64,000 nucleotides of DNA from positions 4,154,001-4,218,000 of the forward strand of contig NC_043013.1 of the NCBI RefSeq assembly GCF_006345805.1, written 5' to 3'. This DNA comes from Octopus sinensis. Its lineage: Eukaryota. A program made the position numbers and the translations under genes. The notes beneath the pieces are model-generated. The model was given only the letters and a program-made list of their open reading frames with translations, did not search any database and had not been told where the DNA came from. Shown here one piece after another: positions 1 to 12,197 of this stretch; positions within the stretch are counted from its first letter, which is position 1, and every line of letters begins with the position of its first letter.

Positions 1-476
1 ATTTCATTGCTGCTTACCTGATGATGAGTTTTCAAAGTTGAAGAAATTTACTTCTAATATGACACCAGTATATGGAATAACTTATGTCTGCGAGCAAACA
101 TTTTCGAATATGAAGTATGTGAAGTCAACACATCGAATGAGGTTGACTGATGAATATTTGAATGCAATTCTCTTGGTTGGATGCAGCAATTCCAAAGCAA
201 ATATTGATGATATCTGAAAAGCTTAACGCCAGTTTCACAAATCTCACTAACCTGTTTTTGTTGCTTGGTTTGTGAGATTCGGATATGTGCGCACTGGGTG
301 TGATATAACTATCTTATTGCTAACATCGCCTTCTTTGATAACGTTTTGATAAATAAATATGTTGGTTGCCTTTATTTTTTGTGTATTTACTGTATTTCGT
401 TGAACAAAGCGGTTATGTGACCCGCATTCGTCATTTAGTTATCTGGCCGCTGTGAAAAAAGTTTGGTAATCTTTGC
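1..476 (+). mobile_element. 3' end of a hAT (Charlie/GTF2IRD2-like) DNA transposon: transposase C-terminal dimerisation domain relic plus right end
   Basis: Frame from base 2 reads FHCCLPDDEFSKLKKFTSNMTPVYGITYVCEQTFSNMKYVKSTHRMRLTDEYL...DDI*KA*RQFHKSH*, matching the hAT C-terminal motif (STYxCEQxFSxMK...RxRLTD). Degenerate TIR-like end AAAAAGTTTGGTAATCTTTG near 455-476. Confidence 0.8.
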
Positions 477-524
477 AGTAGAGGTCGTGTTGCCCGATGA
501 TGACATGTCATAATACATTTTACC

Positions 525-525
<1 letters not shown>

Positions 526-567
<42 letters not shown>

Positions 568-630
568 CATACATACATACATACATACATACATACATAC
601 ATACATACATACATACATACATACATACAT
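526..630. repeat. Compound (AGAT)n(ACAT)n microsatellite
   Basis: Directly visible. Confidence 0.95.
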
Positions 631-632
631 AG

Positions 633-2190
633 ACTCTTTCTGGAGAAAAATCTGGAGTGAAGAGGTGTTTAACAAAGATACTCTGTGGCTGGAAGAAATC
701 CGAAGAAGTTATTTCTCCTGCATTATACCCAAGACATACAACATTGACTGCGAAATTCTTGCACAAACTCTTGTGATTCAAGAACTCCAGGATGGAAAAA
801 CACCTGGAAGAGACTTGATTGTTGGATATTAGTACAAGAAGCTAACCTTCTATCAACCATATCATCCATCTGTATCAGCAAGTTCTCAATGGGAACAGTA
901 GCATACCACACTGGTTAGCTTTGGCAGAGACAAAATTGACCCCCAAATGCAGGACCACCTACATGGCAAAAAACTACAGGCCAATTGCATACCAGAACTT
1001 AATGTATAAGATATATACAACATGCATGAATCTCTCGACAGTAGAACAAGCAGCTGTGATATCAGTGATACGATACCACATGATGAACCTAGTTTCAATG
1101 TGACTAGACTACAAGAAAGCTTTTGACTCTGTTCCCCACTCATGGATGCTAGAAGCCCTTCAACTTGCTAAAGTTCCAGTGAGAATAGTCAAAGTCATAG
1201 CTGACCTGACTTCATCGTGGGCCACTATCTTGAAATTAAACACAAAGAGTGACTGCATTATCACTGATAGAATACAATATCGCAAAGGCATATTCCAAGG
1301 GGACAGCCTCTCTGTGATGATTTTTATATTTTCTGTAAACCCCTTGTCATTCATGTTAAGGAAGTCTGAAGGATATCTCATTGGTTCTCAAGGAAACAGA
1401 AATACCAAAATTACATACCGTTTCCTTGTGGATGGCTTGAAACTTTATGCAAAGAATATGCATGAGATGAAAAACAGCCTTGACCTGGTTACAACATTCT
1501 CAAAGGATGTAGGGTTGGAGTTTGGTCAGGATAAATGTTGTTATATGGTTGGGAAAAGGGGGAAAACTATAAACCAGACTAGTAACATCTCTATTAATAA
1601 TTTGATTGCTTCCCCTGTATCTAACGAGGAATGTTACAGGTATCTAGGGGTGGATGAAAATATATCTTACAGTGGCACCTGTAACAAAATACGTGTTTCT
1701 AAAGAATATTACAGCCGAATAAAGAAAATTTGGATCTCAGAACTTTCTGCAGTCAATAAAACACTAGCTCACAATGTGTTTGCAGTTCCAGTACTCATAC
1801 CAACATTTGGGCTGCTTAAATGGACGCTTGATGAGACCCGAGCCATTGGTGTGAAAACCCGAAAAATACTAGGATGCACACATAATTTCCACGTAAACAG
1901 TGACGTTTGGCACCTCTACCTAAAACAAAAACAAGGTGGCAGAGGCTTAACATCGATTCAAAATGCCCTCATCAAATGTTGCATCAAATCGCTTCGGCAA
2001 CATGTTTAAAACATCAAGTGTCGAAGTGCATCCCTTGACTAAGTTTGCACACATGATGCTGATAACACCGTAAGACTGGGAAGGCAGCTCCTTGAGTAAC
2101 ATCCCTTGTCTGATAATCTAGAATACATGCCCAAAGAAGTCGCACGACTCTACCGCAACATTTCATCGAATAAAAGGATGAGCCTATATG
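633..2190 (+). mobile_element. R4/Dong-clade non-LTR retrotransposon, reverse transcriptase relic with frameshifts and stops
   Basis: KNYRPIAYQNLMYKIYT (921-1103), LDYKKAFDSVPH just upstream of 1146, GIFQGDSLS and a degenerate YADD box (FLVDGLKLYAKN) in ORF 1146-2009, thumb motif LYLKQKQGGRGL. Confidence 0.9.
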
Positions 2191-2249
2191 AGTAGATCAA
2201 GATAGATTAAGAATGACCCCCTTTGGATTATTCAGAGAAATGAATTTAT

Positions 2250-2500
2250 GAATAACGATTGATATTTCTGGACATTGCTTTTAATCTTGAAACGAAGAGA
2301 CCATTCCCTTACCGAAAATCTAACTGAACGACCACTCTATATAATATGAATTTTCTCTCAGTGCCAATTTAAGAAAGTTAGTTTCTCCCATTAATAAATA
2401 GATATCTTCTTAATTCCCAGATGACGACGAATATATTAATGCCTTTGATTCTTATAATTAGACACTTTGCTGTAACAGCTTTATGAACAAAATGCAATAC
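2250..2500 (+). mobile_element. Penelope-like element RT C-terminal relic
   Basis: Translates with stops to FLDIAFNLETKRPFPYRKSN... and INK*ISS...EYINAFDSYN*TLCCNSF..KMQY, resembling the PLE RT motif FLD..F.L....Y.PYRKPN. Confidence 0.6.
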
Positions 2501-2511
2501 TGTATATCGTT

Positions 2512-2640
2512 TGTAAGGCGGTGAGCGGGACTAATCGTTTGGGGTCGATAAATAAATACCAGTGAAACACTGGCCGTCGATGTAATCGATCTACCCACTT
2601 AACCCGACTTGCTCGCTTTGAGCCAAAATTTGAAACCAAT
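2512..2640 (+). mobile_element. Internally deleted SINE family B copy
   Basis: GTAAGGCGGTGAGC head and GGGGTCGATAAATAAATACCAG core shared with other B copies in the window. Confidence 0.65.
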
Positions 2641-2930
2641 GTTATATATCACGTGGCGTATCAGGATCATTCTAACAGTCAACCTGGGAATATTTTTAGC
2701 GTATGTTCTATATAAACCAGGTTTCGTATTTAATACTGTTGATGTATGAAAGATTTGCCCTAAGAAGATTGGGGAAATTACTCACCAAGACTCAGCAACA
2801 AATACTTTCAGCACGGGTCTTCTCTTTTCTTCCTGTGGTACACCTGTGTTTACATATATAAACACATACACACACACACACATACATACATAAACACATA
2901 TGCATGTGTACATTTATATAGGAGCATTAT

Positions 2931-2968
<38 letters not shown>

Positions 2969-3170
2969 TCGAAGTGGCTCTGACGAAAATAACATTCATT
3001 TTCTTAGGTCGTTCAATTTACCTCAATTGATCAAGAGACCAATTCAGTAAACCTATCAATAATGTACCTATAAAGACTACTGGAAACAGCTGTAAGACAA
3101 TTTGCTCTAATAAAAGGAATTATATGTAATGACCATTACATTTAACTTGTTTCTTTTATATACTACATAC

Positions 3171-3293
<123 letters not shown>

Positions 3294-3409
3294 ATATTTC
3301 GGAATGGTCATATTGCCAGTTTAGCCAATAAAAACACACGCACTATATATTTGGTGTTATTTTGCTTCAGTGTTATTTATTTTTTACATTAATCTTAATC
3401 TTATTTCAG

Positions 3410-3449
3410 CCAGAGTTCTTTCGTCACACTCCTGTGACCGCATCAGTGG
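3410..3449 (-). ncRNA. Minimal type I hammerhead-like motif (C9 variant) in a short repeat (3290-3540) between (TA)n arrays
   Basis: Minus strand CCA CUGAUGC G GUCAC AGGAGU GUGAC GAAA GAAC UC UGG: stem I 3 bp, stem II 5 bp, GAAA present, position 9 is C instead of A. Confidence 0.5.
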
Positions 3450-3540
3450 TCCTTTGTTTTCTTCTTTCCGAAATATAACAATATCTGTTTCAACACACGA
3501 CTTCACATAAAAAATCTCCCACAACAAATATTCAAACGTA

Positions 3541-3609
<69 letters not shown>

Positions 3610-4678
3610 TGTCGGAATATAGTGGTTCAATCGTATCTGTAGAACTTATATTTCAGGGATGAATCTCAGGTCCAGTGCGATAAACAGATTTATAACTTCA
3701 TCTTTTACGAAATTATTCTTTACGATTTTAATCACATTGTAAATACATATAACAATCATACAGTTTCATAGCGCATGAGAAAATTAAATGGAAGAAAAAC
3801 TAGGCTTCTAACTAAAATAGGACGTAGGAGCTTACGTCTGTGTACTTTATATGTATTTTATATGTGTATATATTGTCTCATATACATATACGTACACATA
3901 TACAAATATATACGTACTCATAAATACACAAATACACTCTCATGCATATTCATACATACTCGTAAACTACACAGAAACACACACATATGTAGTTTACGCG
4001 TGTATGTTTGTGTGTGTGTGTGTGTGCGTGTGCAACTTAGTGTAGGTGCGAATGTATATGCACGAGTGTTTTAGTAATGAAAGTAGCCCGATTTAAAAGC
4101 GATAAATTGAATACATCTTCAAAGCTCCAGGCAGGACTCGAACGTTGTTCGCTGACTGAGCTGTTTTTTTATAGCGTATTGACAACTATCTTATAATGTA
4201 TCTTTCTTCAGATATATTTTAAGTACTTGTATTATCTTACTTCTACTTTCTTCTGTGTTATTAAATAAATGATGTCTCGAAACTGTTTCGTTTTGTGACT
4301 GACAAATGGGCGTTAACGGGCGATTTCTTCAAACTGATAATTGATTCACTCAAGTGGAACATATTTTACTTGTATCGCGATTGTTGTCCTTCCATCTTGT
4401 AACAAATGAGACAGAGATTTTGTATTAACATTGTTCTTGATATAATTTGAACGGCAACTCTATCCTGATTCCCTCCAGCACTTCTCAGCCCCTCAACCAT
4501 TGTCTTTCCATCGTAACTAAACTCGTTTGCTGAAATCTATCCGGTTGCACTATTTTATTGTTGTTGTTGTGATTCTTCTTCTTCTTCTTCTTCTTCTTCT
4601 TCTTCTTCTTCTTCTTCTTCTTCTTCTTCTCTTCTTCTTCTTATTATTATTATTATTATTTTTATTATTATTATTATT

Positions 4679-4890
4679 TAGGTAGTGAGCTGGCAGAAAC
4701 GTTAGCATGCTGGACGTTATACTTAAGTGGTATTTCGCCCATCGCTACGTTCTGAGTTCAAATTCCGCCGAGGTCGACTTTGCATTTCATTCTTTCGGGG
4801 TCGATAAATTAAATACCAATTGAACACTGAAGTCCATGTAATCGACTTATCCCCATCTCGCCAAGCTGCCCTTTTGGCAAAAAATTTGGA
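4679..4890 (+). mobile_element. SINE family B (tRNA-like head, core GCCTTTCATCCTTTCGGGGTCGATAAATTAAGTACCAG)
   Basis: GTGAGCTGGCAGAAACGTTAGC head, GAGTTCAAATTCC B-box-like motif, preceded by (CTT)n(TTA)n; more than 12 related copies in the window. Confidence 0.85.
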
Positions 4891-5040
4891 ATTATTCTCT
4901 CCATCTTAGCGAAGGATTTGTTTTCAGTCGTGTTTGTTTGCTTGTTTGTCCATGGACGAGATATCTCAAGAATCGCTGGATGGATTCGGATGAAACTTTC
5001 AGGAATCTTTGGCCTCGTGACTGGCCTCGCTCTCTGAGTG

Positions 5041-5380
<340 letters not shown>

Positions 5381-5389
5381 ATTGTCGAT

Positions 5390-5550
5390 GAATTTGCCCG
5401 TAGCTACGTTCTGAGTTCAAATTCCACTAAGGTCGATTTTGCCTTTCATCCTTTCGGGGTCGATGAATTAAGTACCAGTGAAACACTGTGGTCAATGATA
5501 TCGATTAGTCCACTCCCTGCAAATTTCAGGCCCTGTGCCTGTAATAGAAA
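5390..5550 (+). mobile_element. SINE family B, 5'-eroded
   Basis: Core GCCTTTCATCCTTTCGGGGTCGATGAATTAAGTACCAG, followed by (ATT)n. Confidence 0.8.
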
Positions 5551-5689
5551 TGATTATTATTATTATTGAGTGAAAGTGCCGTGCATGCCATCAAAGTGAT
5601 ACTGGAGTTAAATATACGAAGCCCAATATACTCATCATGACCATCCGTCTGATAAGTCCTGCAACATTTTATATTTCTCACCTTCTAGT

Positions 5690-5975
5690 ACTTTACTAGA
5701 GTTCATATTGTCAAATCCTAGCTTTTTACATAATTCCCAGTGGATTACTCTGCCTAGGTTGCCATATTTTGTATTCTTTCTGAGCCAGCATGCTACATTC
5801 ACTTAATATAATGGGTAACACTTTCTTATTTTGAGTTGGTTAACCCACATTTAGGAATCTACTTTGATTTTGTCTATCTTGGCTTTTATCCAATTAGTCC
5901 TCGATGCTTGATCTTGTGCTGTTACTAACAAACTTTCTGTCTCTCTTTTCAGCTTTTCTTTCTGATACGATAACT
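5690..5975 (-). mobile_element. R4/Dong-clade relic, CCHC zinc-knuckle region
   Basis: Minus strand LKRETESLLVTAQDQASRTNWIKAKIDK...LAQKEYK, the conserved AAQDQAL..N...CxxC...LAQKEYK block also seen at ~31450-31640 and 33179-33499. Confidence 0.7.
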
Positions 5976-6544
5976 CCTAATCTCGAGTTGCAATCGGTGA
6001 CAATCCCTCCAAAGGTCAGATCAAAGGAGAAACCAGTTAGACCTCATACTTATAACCATCTGTAAAGCTCTCTCAACTACTACGTCAGCAAGGACCACCA
6101 CACTACGACCGCTCCCAGCACTAGACTTGGCCACGTTGCAGACCTTGTAAGAAAGAAGCTGTCTTCAACCTGTTCTTTCTGACGTGACGTGATGTCGATC
6201 CCCTTGCGGTCCCTTTGTGACGTCACTCTCTTCCGGTTATTCATCCTTCTTACTATATAGTAAGTCCAAACGCTGATTTTTCAAAAGAAGAAAAAATAGT
6301 TTCACCATGCCATAGAAAAACCGTTATACTACTTTGACAATTTTTAATATCTTGGCAGCTGGATATACGATAGTTTGACTAAAAGATCCGGCTATTACAA
6401 GCAAAAGTAAATATTGAAAAAAACCCCCACATTTGATCAAATTTGGACATACGACAGTTTCACATAAAAGCAACGATATATACACAAACACACAAACATG
6501 TATACACACAAACAGACATACAAGCATACACACACACACGCATA

Positions 6545-6690
6545 TGCGACGGGCTTCTTTGCGTCTGCCAAATCCACTCACAAGGCTTTGGTCGGCCCGA
6601 GGCTATAGTAGAAGACACTTGCCCAAGGTGCCATGCAGTGGGACTGAACCCGGAAGCATGTGGTTAGGAAGCAAGCTTCTTGCCATACAG
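6545..6690 (-). mobile_element. SINE family A, 5' half
   Basis: Reverse complement of the head and GGCACCTTGGGCAAGTGTCTTCTACTATAGCCTCGGGCCGACCAAAGCC block of the copies at 40482 and 58318. Confidence 0.85.
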
Positions 6691-6702
6691 CTCCGCATGT
6701 AC

Positions 6703-6760
<58 letters not shown>

Positions 6761-6821
6761 CATACATACACACACAAACACATACACACACAAACACACG
6801 TACACACACACATATACTATA

Positions 6822-7290
6822 TACAAAGTTTGATCAATAAGTATCCGGCTTGTTGTCATAGTAACGAAGCTAAAGCACACAGAGTAAAGCTGCTTGAGAC
6901 AGATTGACCTTGAACACTGCTGCGCATGCAGTTTAAGTTTTAACGTTCTAGCTCACTTCCGCTATTTACAGCACTGCTTGGAAGGAAGGTGTGTCGCATT
7001 GACCACGACAGAGAAAGTTGTCATGATAATACATGATGATACCTGCTCAGAGGCATACGCAAAGTTGCAGAAATTATATGGAGAGGAGTGTATGAGCCGC
7101 ATACAAGTGTACGAATGATACAGACGTTTCGAAGATGGTTGAAAAAAATGACTATATTGACGAACGTTCTGGGAGACCCGCAAGCAGCAGAAGTGAGAAA
7201 AATATCGCAGCTGTGAGGGGAAATAGTCGAATCCCCATCGATGAGTTATCAGAGGATGTGCAGATTAGTTACGGTTCAGTTCAGTCTATT
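6822..7290 (+). mobile_element. mariner transposon left end with transposase N-terminal HTH relic
   Basis: TIR-like TACAAAGTTTGATCAATAAGTATCCGG; translation CSEAYAKLQKLYGEECMSRIQVYE*YRRFEDG...DERSGRPASSRSEKNIAAVR...ISYGSVQSI with the mariner RSGRP motif. Confidence 0.85.
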
Positions 7291-7358
7291 GCTACATTTT
7301 TCATGTTTTCCGTGAATTTTTCATGGGTCCAGCTAGTTATTATTATTATTATTATATA

Positions 7359-7427
<69 letters not shown>

Positions 7428-8479
7428 GTATGTATGTATGTATGTATTAGACCACTTTTGAAGTCAATCATGAGAGCTGCTGCTAACATGGAATCTAATA
7501 CAACCCGTTGCATGATTGACTAACCAAGCGCCCCCACTAGGCTCGCCTGCTGTTAAGGATTGCTAGAAATCCAATAGGACTAAAAGCAAGACCTGTTAAA
7601 AGGACGGATGAACCTAGTGTTGGTTCATCGATTATATAGCAATAGAACGGGCCCTCAGAATTTCCAAGACGGTGTACGTCGCGCTGAAAGACTACTGGGA
7701 GTGAGGCACACCTTAGCTTATGTTAAAGTATGTCTCTAGAAGGTTACTGTGATATAAAATCAGATACACTGGGAATGACAGTCAGAGAGGTGCTGTGCAC
7801 GCATTATTGGACCTAAAAGTTTAGGTTGCACCATCGCCTGCAAGGCGATTACCCCAAGTCCGATCGAGTAGGAGGCCACCGCGGCAAGCATGGAAGCTGC
7901 GGACGCGAACGAAATTGAAGTCGACTGCTGGTGCAGTAAGCTCATGCACTTGCATTGCTGCCATTTTGCATTGAGGAATGGTCGGGGATGTTCTTATCAG
8001 TCACTAGTGGATAGCCATCATATATATATGTTTGTTTCGACCCTTTTGAATTGGAATTTTTGAAAAGTAAAAATGTTGCATTATGTAGCTTGTTATTCTA
8101 TTTAAATGAACATTTTCTCTGGTTGAAATACACCGAAAAATGGCGACACAGCAGTCAAAAATCGTAAAAAATAGGGATTGTCATAGAAAAAAAAGCACCT
8201 TTTTAATGTAAATAATTTTTGGTGTTAACATGGTCTTATTTGAATTTTTTCTTCTACGGAAAGAAGAGCAAGCCTTCTTCTATCATACTCTCAATTTTGG
8301 TCAACTTGCACCGCAGGGTCTCGGAGGGGATAGTGTTAGTTGAAGGCTACAAAAACCTGCCATACTGTCATATTGTCATTTTCTTTCGTAAATGTTTTTA
8401 CGCAATTGCTTGAAAGTGCTCAGGTCGAACCCGAGACGCTAAACATTATGTAACTTGGTTAAAAAAGAGGCAAAATTTT

Positions 8480-8787
8480 GATAATTATTCTATAGTTATG
8501 ATTTACATCAACATAATAAATACATGTAGCACAAAATTACAGCAAGGTAAGGAACATATCTAGAAATAAGAATTACTTGAAATAAAAATATACGTGAAAA
8601 GGATAAATAGATATAGGGTGATATATCGATTAAAAATCATATTAAAATTTAGGATTAAAAAACGTTGAATTGAGGTTTAAAAGTTGTAAGATACATCGGC
8701 GGCAGGGAGAAATCCTAAAGATGGATTTAAAAGTTTAGAGGAGTTCCGAAGAAATGTTTATAGAGGGTTATATCATCATATATGAAG

Positions 8788-8790
<3 letters not shown>
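8480..8790 (-). mobile_element. Degraded CR1/L2/Jockey-type LINE 3' end
   Basis: Minus strand FLRNSSKLLNPSLGFLPAADVSYNF*TSIQRFL loosely resembles the FFPRTxxLWNSLP...YNL..FK terminal motif. Confidence 0.4.
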
Positions 8791-8826
<36 letters not shown>

Positions 8827-8835
8827 ATATACATA

Positions 8836-9040
8836 CAGGGGTTGGACAAAATAATTGAAACACCTAGCATCATAGTATCAACATTTTGAAAGAACTATAA
8901 AACCGTTTATAGCTTGTTTATTTATATGTTTTTATTATTAGTGTTGCTTAATATGTTTTGCTAAAATTGCTGGATTTTTTTTTCAAATATCATCAGAAAA
9001 AAGGTAATCAAAATTCATTAAAATGACAGATTACACAGGT
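8836..9040 (+). mobile_element. Tc1-like transposon left end
   Basis: TA|CAGGGGTTGGACAAAATAATTGAAACACC, a Tc1-type terminus after a TA dinucleotide. Confidence 0.65.
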
Positions 9041-9499
9041 AGAGTATAATAGTTAGTGGACTGTTCTGTAGATATGTGTATGTATGTGTGGGTGTGTATG
9101 TATATGTTCCTTTTTTGTATGTAAGCATATGGATATGAAAATAAACAGATCAACATACAGATGGATAGGTAGATAGGTTATAAGAATAGAGAAGCACACA
9201 TACATAAATGGAAACAGACATACATGACCATATATACACACACACTTTACTCCACACAAGGACGCATATGGAGACACGGATCAACACAAGCACACATGCG
9301 CAAATGAAGACGGAAACACATGACCATATACACACACATACTATACTTCACACAAGGACACATATGGAGACACATGTCCACAGATATGGAGATGCACATC
9401 CATATATACAACCATGGTATATAGTTGCAAAACACACACACACACACACACACAAACACACATAAGGAGACACAGGTGTTTACATATACAAACACACGT

Positions 9500-9881
9500 T
9501 CACACACATATATAGAAAATGTACAAACACGGACATGCAAGCACGTGAATATGTAGAATACATACATACAGATGCCCACACATACATACATATATACATA
9601 TGCATACACACACATATATACATATACACACATGCATACATACATACACACATACATACGCACATGCATGCATGCGTAGGCGCACACACACAAACACATT
9701 GACTCCCACACATGCGCACAAACAAAAAGGAACGCAGTGTAATTAACGGACAGAATCAAGACTTGAAAAGGTTGTAACACGCAACGAAAATTTTAGGAAA
9801 GTAAAAATAAGTGGAAATTTTACTGGTGAGTGCGTAAAATTATAAGGCACATAAAGAAAATGACTCTCCCCAGACACAATA

Positions 9882-9890
<9 letters not shown>
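9500..9890 (+). repeat. Unclassified interspersed repeat ending GACTCTCCCCAGACACAATAGAATATA at a (TA)n array
   Basis: Reverse-complement copy at ~21040-21425; terminal motif also at 10483-10515 and 36955-37021. Confidence 0.75.
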
Positions 9891-9934
<44 letters not shown>

Positions 9935-9946
<12 letters not shown>

Positions 9947-11789
9947 TGAGAATGTCTGTCTGTCTGTCAGTGTGAATCCCTAAAACTTGAGAACTACACA
10001 ACCAAATTCATTCAAATTTTACACATACCTTACTTAGGATCCATGTGGTGTCATGTATATATGCATGTATATACGTAAGTTTCGTATATATATGTATGGA
10101 TATATGTAAATATATGTGTTTTGGTATTGGCAACATGAATGACAATGGTCAGAGACTACTTGAATTTTGCACATACCATAACCTGTGCATCACCAACACA
10201 TTCTTTGCCAACAAGACATCCCACAAGGCATCTTGGAAACATCCAAGGTCTCACCAGTGGCATCAATATGCGCATTGGCAAGGCAGCTGCTGTGATGGCC
10301 CAACTCTCCAAACGGGCATGGGACAACAATAAGCTGACCATGACCACAAAAATGAAGATTTACCAGGCATGTGTACTTAGCACTCTACTGTATGGAAGTG
10401 AGACTTGGACGCCATACACACGCCAAGAGCGTCGCCTAAATATCTTGCACCTGCGATCCTCCGGAAAATCCTTCGCATCAAAAAGAAAATGACTCTCCCC
10501 AGACACATATAATATATACATAACACCCTAATGGGAGCCTTAACTCCCAAATTTTAGTCATTTCTTTTATGATCCAAAACTAAGTCAAAAGTACTGAATG
10601 GATTTTTATGAAATTTGGAAATTATATTCTATGTATAAGGGCCATAACCCCCATGACAATTCATATATTTTTGCTGTTGATGAAATTTTAACCATAATTG
10701 ACACAATTGAAGTAATATTTATAAAATTTCATCTTCTTACAAGTTAGAAAGATCTCTCCATGGGGACTTAACACTCACAATTTAGTCTTTTTATCTAAGC
10801 AGAAACGAATACAGTTGTGCTCTTGGAAGCTGTGGGGTCATCCGAGCATAGAAGATGAGCATTATTTGTAATTCAATAGTTCAACAGTGTAAGAGTTTGC
10901 TATGACATGCACTTAGATTGTGATTTCTGCAATGTGCTGCATAAATTGTCAAGTAAATGAGAGGCATCTTTGCCTCCACTGATTCAGTTGCAAAGTGTTG
11001 AGTAAAGTTATTTGATTGCAGATTTCCTTTCAGTCTTTTATTATCACTGGGTCACACATAGTCCCCACATGGTAACATTGATTTCAAGGCCTTCCCAGAT
11101 GAGTGACTGCTTATTCAAAGACATTTATAGATTGTTTATTTATTCTGTCCAGTTACGTATCAGTATGGTGGTCATTTGCAAACTCCAACTTTCATTTCTC
11201 CTTAGCCCTCACGTCACACAGTTGTTAATGTTTATTTCAGTTGGGTCACGCCCTTCCAATTGCTATAGATTCGTAATGCATCTTACCATGGTGAGGAATA
11301 CTACATTGGGAGTGGTAACGACTAGGGTACTGTAGCTGACTGCTTGTTGTGATCATTCGTCTTTTGGTTTCCTGTAGCTTTGCTCTCTTTTACAAACCCA
11401 GTAAACATATTTCCTATTTCAAAGAAATTCAAACAATAGATATAAGACCCAAATTAAAAAGATTTTCAACAATTCAACTTCTCTGGTTGACATTAAGATG
11501 CCCACCCACATTTTAGGGCTTCATGACCTTCATTTTTCAGGAGCAAAATCCTTTTAACAGGTTCAATAAGACTGGAATTTTGGAATATGCACATAAAAAT
11601 CAGTTGTATGGGATACATGTGGCACGATTGCAATTTATTTTTAGGGTGTGTAAAGAGGGAAATAACCCTCATCTGCAATTTTGATGAAATTCGAAACATA
11701 AATATTCCAGTTCATTAGAGAAAATATAACAGAAAAGTCTAGTTCTTCAATCGTATGTAACTCGGGCAACGCCGGGTAACTCTGCTAGT
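9935..11789 (+). mobile_element. Non-autonomous Helitron-like element
   Basis: 5' end TATATATAAAACTGAGAATGTCTGTCTGTCTG (the 5' TC is lost in (TA)n); 3' end CGGGCAACGCCGGG GC-rich hairpin followed by CTGCTAG|T, the canonical Helitron CTAG terminus. Confidence 0.7.
10110..10480 (+). mobile_element. Internally deleted RTE-clade LINE fragment (APE endonuclease piece fused to post-RT thumb) inside the Helitron
   Basis: FGIGNMNDNGQRLLEFCTYHNLCITNTFFANK..HKASWKHPRSHQWHQ then, in another frame, INMRIGKAAAVMAQLSKRAW...KMKIYQACVLSTLLYGSETW. Confidence 0.85.
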
Positions 11790-11943
11790 ATATATAAACA
11801 TTATCAACCACATATACTAGACGTAAGCGGACTGAGTATCTGAGTATTTCCCGGTACGCCACCTAGTAACGCCGTGTGTTAAATCCCTCAAAACACCGAG
11901 TATTAAAACACATGAAATAACTCACCCCTAATCTCGCCTCGGA

Positions 11944-11990
11944 GTGATGGACGTCGATGTTTCGCCATTTTTGTGGCTTATCAACATCAC
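11944..11990 (-). ncRNA. Type I hammerhead ribozyme candidate with U3-A8 core covariation
   Basis: Minus strand GUGAUG UUGAUAA GCCA CAAAAA UGGC GAAA C AUCGAC G UC/CAUCAC: 6-bp stem I, 4-bp stem II (G10.1-C11.1), GAAA, GUC cleavage triplet at 11952-11950. Confidence 0.75.
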
Positions 11991-12074
11991 GTGACTGAAC
12001 GGAATCGATGATGCATAATATCGTCAGTGCATGACTTATATGCATATGGCGTGCAACTTATATAAATATAATGG

Positions 12075-12197
12075 TTCTTTTTTTTAAAATATCGATTGGC
12101 TATGAGGGTCCACCTGAGTAAAATTCCTATTTTACTCAGGTGAACCCACATAGCCAATCAAAGGTGTCCACAGGCAAAAAATGGTTGAGAACCACTA
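12075..12197 (-). mobile_element. Partial hAT MITE
   Basis: TIR GGTTGAGAACCACT; internal sequence is the reverse complement of the 54377-54581 element. Confidence 0.65.

Noticed and set aside
2970-3098. CTGACGA (~2975) and GAAACAGCTGTAAGA (~3083) as a split hammerhead
   Set aside because: The 3' half with the ACAGCUGU palindrome is suggestive, but ~100 nt without a stem II separates the halves and stem I is only 2 bp; at best a relic
8405-8450. TTGAAAGTGCTCAGGTCGAACCCGAGACGC as a hammerhead
   Set aside because: Core, stem II and GAAA are all degenerate
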